From: Verrucomicrobiota bacterium
GTDB lineage: Bacteria; Verrucomicrobiota; Verrucomicrobiia; Methylacidiphilales; JBCBYL01
NCBI GenBank assembly: GCA_038748025.1
Contig: JBCDJI010000006.1
Location: 2,416-66,415, forward strand
Reading direction: 5' to 3'
Length of the DNA: 64,000 nucleotides
A model generated the notes under the pieces. It saw only the letters and a program-made list of their open reading frames with translations, ran no database searches and was not told the origin of the DNA. The stretch's first letter is position 1, and each line of letters opens with the position of its first letter. Of this stretch, positions 9,813 through 18,469 are shown one piece after another. A program made the translations under genes and the position numbers.

Positions 9813-12224
9813 ATGATCCATGCTTCTTGTGTTCAAGGTATGAGCGTGATTTCTCAAATTCCACCAGTAGCCTGGATTCTTTCCTATACACATTGGCTGC
9901 ACGGCAAGTGGCCGGCGGGAAAAGTGGAAAAACTGCCGGAAGTGCAACCGGATGGATCAACCAATGTGCCCGGCATTTATGTGGTGGGAGACCTGACCGG
10001 GATTCCGTTGCTGAAATTTTCTTCGGATACCGGAGCGCGCGTCATTGAGACCATCGCTGAGGATTCCTCGTTTCAATCGACGGGGACTGCCACTGACTCC
10101 GGTGATCTGGTTGACGTGGCCGTCATTGGTTCAGGAGTTTCCGGAATGTCGGCAGCGATCGCTGCGAAACAGCAGGGCTGGAGCTATGTGCTTTTTGAAG
10201 CGCAGCAGCCGTTTTCTACCATTGCGAATTTTCCGAAAGGTAAGCCGATCTATACCTACCCTACCGACATGACCCCGGCTGGAGATGTGCAATTTTCTAC
10301 CGAGGTCAAAGAAGATCTGCTGGATGAACTGGAGGGTTATCGCTCGAAACACGAGATCGAGATTACCAATGCCCGGATCGATAAAATCGAAAAGTCAGAC
10401 GGCTTGTTTGTGCTTATCAATGAAAAAAAAGAGGCAGCCATCCGTGCCAAGCGGGTGGTGATTGCGATCGGCCGCAGCGGGAACTTCCGTAAACTGGGGG
10501 TGCCGGGAGAGGAACTGGATAAAGTGTATAACCGCTTACACGATCCCAAGGAATACTGCAGCAAGGATGTGCTGGTGGTTGGTGGAGGAGATTCAGCCAT
10601 GGAGGCGGCAATTGCCCTGGGAGCGTGCGGTGCACGGGTCACTCTGAGTTATCGCAAGCCGGAGTTTTCGCGGCCCAAGCCCGAGAACATTGAAAAGCTG
10701 CAGTCACTGGCTGCCGACCCGGAAGCCCGCGTGGCAGTTGACAGTCCAACTTCCGAGCGGGTAACCACCGCTGCCAGCTCCGAAATGCGCGGGGATAAAC
10801 CGGCAGGTTGGGTCATGCTGGAGATGGCATCCGGGGTAAAGGAAATCCGTGAGGGTGAAGTGACCCTGAAACTGGCGGACGGAAGTGAATCGACGATTCC
10901 GAATGATGCCGTCTTCCCGATGATCGGGCGCGAGGCACCGCTGGATTTTTTCCGCCGCTCCGGAATCAATATCAATGGAGAGTGGCGGATGCCACAATGG
11001 ATCGGGCTGGTGGCAATGTCGCTCTTTGTTTTCTGGATCTATCACTGGAAAGGGGATTACAACATTCCATTCGGTCTGAAGGATCACTTTAACCAGTTCC
11101 TGGGGCTCAATCCGTCCAGTTGGATGAGCCAGTTAAAAGGCTGGTGGGATGAGCCCGGCACGCTGGGGCATACGCTGAAAATCTCGATGACGGGTCGCAG
11201 TTTCTATTATACCATGGGCTATGCCATTCTGGTAACGGTATTCGGGATTCGACGGATCCGCCGCAGAAAGACGCCTTACATTACATTGCAGACCAGCAGT
11301 CTGATGGCGATCCAGGTGGTTCCTTTGTTTATCCTGCCGGAAATTATCTTACCGTTGATGGGACATAACGGATGGTTCGGCAGTGGTATCGGTCAGTGGT
11401 TTGCGGATACGTTTTTTCCGGAAGTGACCTATGGGCATGGTCGCGAATACTGGCGGGCTTACGGCTTTATTCTGGCCTGGCCGCTGATGGCGTGGAACTG
11501 GTTTACCGGCGACCCTCTGCACGGCTGGCTGGTGCTCGGATTCCTGCAGACGTTTGTAGCGATTCCACTGCTGATACGTTACTGGGGTAAGGGATCGTAC
11601 TGTGGCTGGATCTGCTCGTGTGGTGCACTGGCAGAAACCTTGGGCGATCAGCATCGGCACAAGATGCCGCATGGCCCGGTCTGGAACCGATTGAATATGA
11701 TCGGCCAGGTGTTTTTGTGGTTTGCGGTGGTATTGATGCTGCTTCGCATTGCGGGCTGGCTGGGAGCAGCATGGGCTAATACGGTTTTCGAGTTTGGATC
11801 TAAAAATCTGGACTTCATCAACTACGCCTATTTTGTGGACCTGCTGTTTGCCGGGGTGATCGGGGTGGCGTTTTATTTCCATTATTCCGGTCGCATCTGG
11901 TGCCGCTTTGCCTGCCCGCTGGCAGCGTTGATGCACATCTACGCGCGTTTCACCAAGTTCCGCATTTTCCCGCAGAAGAGCAAATGCATCTCCTGTAATG
12001 TCTGTACCTCGGTTTGTCACCAGGGAATCGATATCATGAACTTTGCCAACAAAGGAGTGCCGATGGAAGATCCGGAATGCGTCCGCTGCTCGGCATGCGT
12101 GCAGAGCTGCCCGACCGGCGTGTTGAAATTCGGTCGCTACGGTGCGGATCGTTCCGATGCCAATATCATCTACGATGGTCTGGCCGCATCACCGGTGCAG
12201 ATGGCGGAACTCAGTAAAAAGTAA
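9813..12224 (+). CDS. FAD/NAD(P)-binding oxidoreductase fused to a NapH/MauN-type membrane polyferredoxin (2x[4Fe-4S])
   Basis: Dinucleotide folds DVAVIGSGVSGMSAA and VLVVGGGDSAMEAA. Multi-TM region with CGWICSCGAL and RIWCRFACPLAAL motifs. Two ferredoxin motifs, CISCNVCTSVC and CVRCSACVQSCP. A GD motif (VPGIYVVGD) lies at the extreme N-terminus (see finding). Confidence 0.7.
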   Translation: MIHASCVQGMSVISQIPPVAWILSYTHWLHGKWPAGKVEKLPEVQPDGSTNVPGIYVVGDLTGIPLLKFSSDTGARVIETIAEDSSFQSTGTATDSGDLVDVAVIGSGVSGMSAAIAAKQQGWSYVLFEAQQPFSTIANFPKGKPIYTYPTDMTPAGDVQFSTEVKEDLLDELEGYRSKHEIEITNARIDKIEKSDGLFVLINEKKEAAIRAKRVVIAIGRSGNFRKLGVPGEELDKVYNRLHDPKEYCSKDVLVVGGGDSAMEAAIALGACGARVTLSYRKPEFSRPKPENIEKLQSLAADPEARVAVDSPTSERVTTAASSEMRGDKPAGWVMLEMASGVKEIREGEVTLKLADGSESTIPNDAVFPMIGREAPLDFFRRSGININGEWRMPQWIGLVAMSLFVFWIYHWKGDYNIPFGLKDHFNQFLGLNPSSWMSQLKGWWDEPGTLGHTLKISMTGRSFYYTMGYAILVTVFGIRRIRRRKTPYITLQTSSLMAIQVVPLFILPEIILPLMGHNGWFGSGIGQWFADTFFPEVTYGHGREYWRAYGFILAWPLMAWNWFTGDPLHGWLVLGFLQTFVAIPLLIRYWGKGSYCGWICSCGALAETLGDQHRHKMPHGPVWNRLNMIGQVFLWFAVVLMLLRIAGWLGAAWANTVFEFGSKNLDFINYAYFVDLLFAGVIGVAFYFHYSGRIWCRFACPLAALMHIYARFTKFRIFPQKSKCISCNVCTSVCHQGIDIMNFANKGVPMEDPECVRCSACVQSCPTGVLKFGRYGADRSDANIIYDGLAASPVQMAELSKK

Positions 12225-12227
12225 CGG

Positions 12228-13619
12228 CTAAATAGTGCCAATCATTTTGGCAGGGTCGACCCATTCGTCAAATTCAGCTTCGGTCAGTAAGCCCAGATCC
12301 AGTGCTGCTTCCTTCAGCGACGTATTCTCGGCATGAGCTTTTTTGGCAATTTTGGCCGCGTTTTCGTAACCGATATGGGTGTTGAGGGCTGTCACCAGCA
12401 TCAGTGAATTCTGCAGGTGGGACTGGATACGTGAGCCGTTGGGTTCGATCCCCTGAGCACAGTGGGCGTTGAAGGCGGCACAGGCGTCCGCCAGCAAGTT
12501 GGCGGACTGCAGGAAGGCTTCGATCATGACCGGTTTGTAGACATTGAGTTCGAAGTGACCATTGGATCCAGCGACGCTGATGACAGTGTCATTACCCATG
12601 ACCCGGCAGCAGACCATGGTGAGCGCTTCGACCTGGGTCGGGTTGACTTTACCCGGCATGATGGAAGATCCCGGTTCGTTGGCCGGGATGGTGATTTCTC
12701 CAATACCCGAGCGTGGACCGGATGCCAGCAGGCGGATGTCGTTGGCAATTTTATTCAGGCTGACAGCCAGCTGTTTGAGTGCGCCGTGGGATGCTACGAT
12801 CGCATCGTGGGCTGCGAGGGATTCAAACTTATTTTCAGCAGTGATAAACGGGTAGCCGGTCAGCTCCGCGATGGTTTTGGCGACGGCTTCGGCATAACCT
12901 TCGGGGGCGTTCAGGCCGGTGCCTACGGCAGTGCCGCCCAGTGCCAGTTCGGTCAAATGCGGCAAGGTATTCCGCAGTGACTTGAGTCCGTGATCAAGCT
13001 GGGAGACGTAGCCGGAAAATTCCTGCCCGAGGGTCAGCGGGGTGGCATCCATCCAGTGAGTGCGGCCGATCTTCACGACATCCCGCATCAACCGGGATTT
13101 TTCGGCGAGCGTTTCTTTCAGCGCTTCAATCTTAGGGATGGTCTGTTCGACCAGAACCGTGTAGGCAGCAATGTGCATGGCGGTCGGAAAGGTGTCATTG
13201 GAAGACTGGGACTTGTTGACGTCATCATTCGGGTGAATCAGGCGGTCGCCTTCCCCCAGGCGGTGACCCTGGATGACATGGGCACGGTTGGCAATAACTT
13301 CGTTGCAGTTCATGTTAGACTGGGTGCCGGATCCGGTCTGCCAGACCACCAGCGGAAAGTGGTCATCCAGTTCACCGGCAATGATTTCGTCGCAGGCCTG
13401 GCTGATGAGTTGGCACTTTTCTGTGGGCAGAACACCGACTTGTGTGTTGGTCAGTGCGGCAGCTTTCTTGAGGTAGCCGAAGGCGTAAATGATCTCTTTC
13501 GGCATGGAAGCGGCAGGACCGATGGGGAAATTGTGAATGGAGCGCTGAGTCTGGGCACCCCAGTATTTGTCTGCAGGAACTTCGACGGTACCCATGGTGT
13601 CTTTTTCGATACGTAACAT
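12228..13619 (-). CDS. fumC: fumarate hydratase, class II
   Basis: [27 protein letters not shown]...[13 protein letters not shown] (lyase signature GSxxMPxKxN). Length 463 aa. Confidence 0.95.
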   Translation of the reverse strand: MLRIEKDTMGTVEVPADKYWGAQTQRSIHNFPIGPAASMPKEIIYAFGYLKKAAALTNTQVGVLPTEKCQLISQACDEIIAGELDDHFPLVVWQTGSGTQSNMNCNEVIANRAHVIQGHRLGEGDRLIHPNDDVNKSQSSNDTFPTAMHIAAYTVLVEQTIPKIEALKETLAEKSRLMRDVVKIGRTHWMDATPLTLGQEFSGYVSQLDHGLKSLRNTLPHLTELALGGTAVGTGLNAPEGYAEAVAKTIAELTGYPFITAENKFESLAAHDAIVASHGALKQLAVSLNKIANDIRLLASGPRSGIGEITIPANEPGSSIMPGKVNPTQVEALTMVCCRVMGNDTVISVAGSNGHFELNVYKPVMIEAFLQSANLLADACAAFNAHCAQGIEPNGSRIQSHLQNSLMLVTALNTHIGYENAAKIAKKAHAENTSLKEAALDLGLLTEAEFDEWVDPAKMIGTI

Positions 13620-13798
13620 AGTGATAGAGCATAATCAGGGCGTGATAAGGTGGTCAACGTTCGATTCTTCAGAGAACGTTTTTCGGCAAAGATATAAGAA
13701 TTTCACGGCTGGATACCAGTATTGCTTATCTGTTCCGGGCGGATTGGATTTGAATTCAGATGCTTGCTGTATGGCGGAAATTACGATAGCCTTTTTAC

Positions 13799-14674
13799 AT
13801 GTCTTACCGTAGCTGGCCTCCGTCCCAGGGTTCCTATGCACCGCTGACTTATGTGGGCAGGTTTCCGGTCGATGCTACCACGATCATCGTCGTGGCACAC
13901 ATTGTGACCATGATCCTCAGCACCATTGCCTTGACGACGATGTCGGGGAACATGCTGGAGAGTTGGGCGGTGCTTAATAAGTGGTTCGGATTTAACGGAA
14001 TCAGCATGCTGCAGGGCAAGTTCTGGACGATCGCATCCTATCCGTTTCTGCACAATATTGCATTTTCACACGTGTTTTTTGCGGTTGAGCTGTTCTTTTT
14101 CTTTTTATTCGGACGTGAAGTCGAGCGATACATTGGCCGGAATGCATATCTCTGGTTTTATGGTCTGCTGATCCTGGTGCCGGCTATTGTAGTTGGTTTG
14201 ATGTCAGTAGTGCTGGGGCCGAGTCAGTTGGCGGGTGCACGGGCCATTCATTTTGCGGTCTTCATTGGTTTCGTGACGATTTATCCGAATGTGCAGTTTT
14301 TCTTCGGGCTGGTTGCCAAGTGGCTGGCATGGGGCTTCTTTGCGATCTATTCATTGATGTATCTGGCGACGCGTAACTGGCAGGGATTGATTTATTTCTG
14401 GAGCACCTGCAGCCTGGCCTATTTTCTGCTGAGGTCTGCAGGCGTGGGCGGTGGCTTTTCCTGGTTCCAGACACTGGAGGGCTGGAAGGAGCAGCGGCAT
14501 GAGCGTCGGGTGCAGCAACGGATTGAAGCCTACGAGCGCGAAGAAGCAGAGAAGGAACAGACGGTGGATGCCATCCTGGAGAAAATCTCCAATGAAGGAA
14601 TCGACAGCCTGACTCCGCACGAGCGTAATTTGCTCAACCGCGCCAGTAATGATCTGCATCAGAAAGATCAGTAA
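13799..14674 (+). CDS. rhomboid-family membrane protein with C-terminal coiled/charged tail
   Basis: Six or seven predicted TM helices, WTIASYPFLHN...FFFFLFGREVERYIG (rhomboid-like), and the tail ILEKISNEGIDSLTPHERNLLNRAS. A catalytic Ser motif is not clearly identifiable. Confidence 0.5.
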   Translation: MSYRSWPPSQGSYAPLTYVGRFPVDATTIIVVAHIVTMILSTIALTTMSGNMLESWAVLNKWFGFNGISMLQGKFWTIASYPFLHNIAFSHVFFAVELFFFFLFGREVERYIGRNAYLWFYGLLILVPAIVVGLMSVVLGPSQLAGARAIHFAVFIGFVTIYPNVQFFFGLVAKWLAWGFFAIYSLMYLATRNWQGLIYFWSTCSLAYFLLRSAGVGGGFSWFQTLEGWKEQRHERRVQQRIEAYEREEAEKEQTVDAILEKISNEGIDSLTPHERNLLNRASNDLHQKDQ

Positions 14675-14727
14675 CCTTTGTCGTCTGTCCGCTTGCGGAC
14701 CATAGCATCAGCGGCTACGCTCCCGGC

Positions 14728-15234
14728 ATGCTATCTGTGGAAACATTATCAAATTTCTCTTTTCAGGACTGGGTGCCGAATCAAAAAACGGTTTTGTGTT
14801 TTGTATTTGAGCAGGAGGCAGTCCTGCTGATTGAAAAGAAACGGGGACTGGGTGCCGGTAAGGTGAATGGACCAGGCGGCAAGATTGATCCAGGTGAAAC
14901 CTCGCTGCAGGCAACGATCCGGGAGTGCCAGGAGGAGATCGGGATCACCCCGCTGAATCCCGAGCCATGCGGAGAGTTGTGCTTTCAGTTTGCAGACGGT
15001 TTAGCGCAGCATTGCGAGGTGTTTCGGAGTGAAAAAGCTCAAGGGCAGCTGATGGAAACCGATGAAGCGAAAGCCTTCTGGCAACCGGTATCAGAGATAC
15101 CCTACCACCGCATGTGGCAGGATGATGAGTTCTGGTTCCCGCACCTGATCGAGCGGCGATACTTTAAAGGCTATTTTACGTTTGATGGCGACCGGATGCT
15201 GAGTAGGAAAGTGGTTATTCATGATGCAGGGTAA
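14728..15234 (+). CDS. NUDIX hydrolase (MutT/8-oxo-dGTPase-like)
   Basis: Nudix box GPGGKIDPGETSLQATIRECQEEIGI. Confidence 0.85.
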   Translation: MLSVETLSNFSFQDWVPNQKTVLCFVFEQEAVLLIEKKRGLGAGKVNGPGGKIDPGETSLQATIRECQEEIGITPLNPEPCGELCFQFADGLAQHCEVFRSEKAQGQLMETDEAKAFWQPVSEIPYHRMWQDDEFWFPHLIERRYFKGYFTFDGDRMLSRKVVIHDAG

Positions 15235-15507
15235 GATGCTGTTTCCCGACCAAATGGCGTGTCGGGAAACCGATCTTGCTGATCCATCTGGCAAGATCAT
15301 CCGGCATTCGCCGGAAGAATCTCATCCTACATTTCACCAGCAGGCTCAATCCTTATGTTAACTTGTATGCGAAAGTATTCGGGGATGCTCACCCTACACG
15401 GGAAAATGTAGGATGAGACGTGCCCCGCTCTGCGGGGTGGTAGCCGCCATGGGTGGATCCATCCTGTCATCGCACCACTCGATGCGCCCGAATAAATACC
15501 ATGTGCT

Positions 15508-16077
15508 CTAGTGCACGGCTCTGGCCAGCAGGAAGATGGCGACCATCCAGGCAAGGGTGACATTGGCTTGCCATACCGGGACGGCCTTTTTGGGTTTAGG
15601 AATGGCCCCGACCGCATTGAGCATAATCGAGAATATGGCAGACAGTGCAAACCACGATGCGTAATTGAGCATCGGAATGCTGCCCTGGTGCCAGATCCAA
15701 TATCCTTTAATCTGCCAGGCGTAGGGCTCCATCACCCAGTCGAACAGCGTAGCAGCTGCTCCTACCAGTAATCCTGTCGACCACGGTCCGAGTGTATTCC
15801 AGTAGGTTCGAAAAATGAGATGAAATCCACCTACAACTGACCACCATGCCAAGGGAATAGCCCATGGCAGCTGCCCTGCGATCATCGGGCCCATGTTGGC
15901 GGTATAATGGTAATCTCCAAAAGGGAAGCCAGTTTTGGTTCCGACCCATTCAGCCATGGCTCCGCAGAATCCTACGAAAAACAAACCCGCCAGTGCACGT
16001 CCCCAACCGATCCATTGACTATAAAGTAACAGCACGACCAGGGCAGCCAGCGCATTAAAAATGAAATCACCCAGCAA
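15508..16077 (-). CDS. carotenoid biosynthesis protein, DUF422/CruF-like (C-terminal 189 aa; see 16120-16248)
   Basis: Polytopic membrane protein with AEWVGTKTGFPFGDYHY, located directly downstream of a CrtI-family gene. The ORF as listed begins at a TTG. Confidence 0.6.
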   Translation of the reverse strand: MLGDFIFNALAALVVLLLYSQWIGWGRALAGLFFVGFCGAMAEWVGTKTGFPFGDYHYTANMGPMIAGQLPWAIPLAWWSVVGGFHLIFRTYWNTLGPWSTGLLVGAAATLFDWVMEPYAWQIKGYWIWHQGSIPMLNYASWFALSAIFSIMLNAVGAIPKPKKAVPVWQANVTLAWMVAIFLLARAVH

Positions 16078-16119
16078 CAGGCATTGCAGAAAAAACTTTT
16101 TCAGTAATTCGGGTAGTTA

Positions 16120-16248
16120 CCAGCTCTCGACCGTAAGGATCGAAATATCCAGGCCGGTAATGACCAGGCCAACGGTTGCCCAGATGACAAATATGCGGAA
16201 ACACATGTCGTGAACTCCGTTGCCCAGTAAGATGACCCGATACTTCAT
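16120..16248 (-). pseudogene. 43-codon ORF in the same frame as 15508-16077, separated from it by a single TAA (16119-16117); probable N-terminal part of the DUF422 gene
   Basis: Own translation: ATG 16248-16246 lies 9 nt after the crtI-family stop codon and gives MKYRVILLGNGVHDMCFRIFVIWATVGLVITGLDISILTVESW*. The same frame continues LPELLKKFFLQCL-LLGDFIF... into the listed ORF. Confidence 0.45.
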
Positions 16249-16259
16249 GTGAGCAGAGG

Positions 16260-17786
16260 TTATGACCCGGAGGATTGGTTAAAATCAAATTTCCGTTGGA
16301 TGGCTTCGGTAACCATCTGAGCACTGAGCAGCACCAGTGGAATGCCGCCACCGGGATGGGTGCTGCCGCCGACAAAAAAGAGTTTGGGATCGATGGGGGA
16401 CTGGAGTGGTGGACGGAACAAAGCGGACTTGATGCTGTTGGATGCCGCACCATACAGGGCGCCCTGTGTGCTCAGGTCGCGCTGTGCGAAGTCGGCAGGA
16501 GTGATGTGGTGATGTGTGACGATATGGTTGCTCAAGTCTTCCAGCCCCATTCGTTCCAGTTTAGAAATGATGCACTGGTCATAGACGTGGCGATGGGAGT
16601 GCCAGTCGATTCTCTCGGTCTCGGCGGGTGCGTTCACGAGAATGAAAAAGTTGTCATGTCCCGCTGGTGCATCTTCCGGGGTGGTCGCGGAGGAGAGGTT
16701 GACGTAAATAGTCGGATCGGACGGGAACTGCTGATGCTCAAAAAGCTCTGCGAATTCATGGTCATAGTCGTCGCTGAAAAAGATATTGTGATGGCGCAGC
16801 TGGCGGTATTGCCTGGAGACACCGAGCAGCAGCACGTAGCCGGAAAGGGAAAGTTCCTCAGGCTCGATACGGGATTGCTCCTGACGATACTTAGGGGCGC
16901 GAATCCAGCGTTCATGGGCACCGAAAGCCTCACCGTTGCATATCACAGCATCCGGTTCCCAGACCGCACCCTGATTGGTTTGGACCCGGTGGCCATCGAA
17001 TTGAGTAACCAGTGTGTCCGTATGAATTTCAACCCCCAGGTCACGCAGAATCTGTTCCAGCCAAAGTGCCAGTGACCGCATCCCGCCCACCGGATACCAG
17101 GCTCCAAAAGCGTTTTCAACGTAGGGGATGATATTGAAAGTCGCCGGGGTCTGATGCGGATTGCTTCCGTTGTAGGTGGCAAAGCGTTCGAAAAGTTGGA
17201 TCAGGTAAGGATCTTGAAAGTGCCGGTGCAGTTCCTGGCTCATGGTGCGGAAATTGGCAATCTTGGGCAGGTGGACCAGCTTTGGCCAGTTCCGGGCAGA
17301 AAAGGCACGCCAGAACTCTTCCGGAGGATGACGCAGATAAGCCTCGCCGGAAAGTTCATAGATACCGCGGGCATAATCTAAAAAGGCAGCCACCTCGGGT
17401 CGCTGACAGAAGGCTTCGTCTGCATCGATCTGGTGACCGTCGGACCAGAAATAACGGCAGACGTTGTCCAAACGCTTAAGCTCCGGTGGAGCGACTTCCA
17501 GGTCATTTGCCAGATCGTGAATGACCTCCGGCATGGTAAGCAGCGAAGGACCGATGTCCCAGCGGAAGCCGTCCTGCCTGAGTTCCGCCACTTTGCCGCC
17601 AAGCGCAGCATTCTTTTCGATCAGAGTAACACGCGCACCAAGCCGGGCCAGACGGGCAGCGCTGGCCATTCCACCCAGACCGGCACCAACGACAACGGCA
17701 TGAAAGGCTGCCGGCGCAGAAACAGTGCTTTTATCGGGACGGTTCATGATGCATGTGTAACGTAGCAATCTTTCATATGGAGACAA
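16260..17786 (-). CDS. phytoene desaturase-family FAD oxidoreductase (CrtI/CrtN/CrtD-like)
   Basis: VVVGAGLGGMASAARLARLGARVTLIEKN dinucleotide fold and the C-terminal FFVGGSTHPGGGIPLV motif typical of the CrtI family. The real start is possibly MNRPDK (17747). Confidence 0.85.
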   Translation of the reverse strand: MSPYERLLRYTCIMNRPDKSTVSAPAAFHAVVVGAGLGGMASAARLARLGARVTLIEKNAALGGKVAELRQDGFRWDIGPSLLTMPEVIHDLANDLEVAPPELKRLDNVCRYFWSDGHQIDADEAFCQRPEVAAFLDYARGIYELSGEAYLRHPPEEFWRAFSARNWPKLVHLPKIANFRTMSQELHRHFQDPYLIQLFERFATYNGSNPHQTPATFNIIPYVENAFGAWYPVGGMRSLALWLEQILRDLGVEIHTDTLVTQFDGHRVQTNQGAVWEPDAVICNGEAFGAHERWIRAPKYRQEQSRIEPEELSLSGYVLLLGVSRQYRQLRHHNIFFSDDYDHEFAELFEHQQFPSDPTIYVNLSSATTPEDAPAGHDNFFILVNAPAETERIDWHSHRHVYDQCIISKLERMGLEDLSNHIVTHHHITPADFAQRDLSTQGALYGAASNSIKSALFRPPLQSPIDPKLFFVGGSTHPGGGIPLVLLSAQMVTEAIQRKFDFNQSSGS

Positions 17787-18469
17787 GAATGCGAACGCTT
17801 TTATACCGGATTTGCCGGGGGATCTGTCGACTCATTTTTCTGCCGTGTCACGTGCGGGTGGTGGGCCAACTGGAATTGGAGCGTGGCTCCTTACTGCTGG
17901 TCGGAAATCACATCAGCCATTTTGATCCGCCCGCATTGGGAATCTGTGTGCGGCCGGTCGTGGATTTCATGGCGATGAAGGATCTCTTCGCAGCAGGATG
18001 GTCTGACTGGTTGTTTACAAACATCTTTGCCATTCCGGTGGACCGGGAGGGATCCGGCACCGAGGCCTTGCGGATTGCGTTACAGCGGCTGAATGAGGGA
18101 CGGATCGTCGGTGTGTTCCCTGAAGGGGGATTACGCACCGGGGATGAGTCGATGCTGGAAACAGTGCCGTTGCCGCCGGGAGCAGCGTTGCTGTCGTTGA
18201 AAGCGGAGTGTCCGGTGGTGCCGGTATTGGTCCTGGGAACGGATCAACTGTATGCCAGACAGGCGTGGTGGCGGCGACCAGAGCTGCGCATTGAATTTTT
18301 ACCGGCGATTTATCCGGTGCGAGATGGCAAGCGAGTCGGGCGATCGGAGTTGAATCAGGAAATCGATCAGGCGATTAAAGGGGCGTATCAGCGGTGGAAA
18401 GCCAGTGAAGAGTTTCTGAAGGAGCTCGTGCCGGTAAGCGCGCAGGAACGCTGGGCCGATGAAGCTTAA
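17777..18469 (+). CDS. lysophospholipid/1-acyl-sn-glycerol-3-phosphate acyltransferase family (PlsC-like)
   Basis: HX4D motif NHISHFDP, plus VGVFPEGG. Start is ambiguous (17753, 17777 or 17789). Confidence 0.75.
   Translation: METRMRTLLYRICRGICRLIFLPCHVRVVGQLELERGSLLLVGNHISHFDPPALGICVRPVVDFMAMKDLFAAGWSDWLFTNIFAIPVDREGSGTEALRIALQRLNEGRIVGVFPEGGLRTGDESMLETVPLPPGAALLSLKAECPVVPVLVLGTDQLYARQAWWRRPELRIEFLPAIYPVRDGKRVGRSELNQEIDQAIKGAYQRWKASEEFLKELVPVSAQERWADEA

Noticed and set aside
12990-13616. 208-aa + strand ORF, and a 172-aa ORF at 12462-12980.
   Set aside because: They are antisense to fumC, whose identity is unambiguous.
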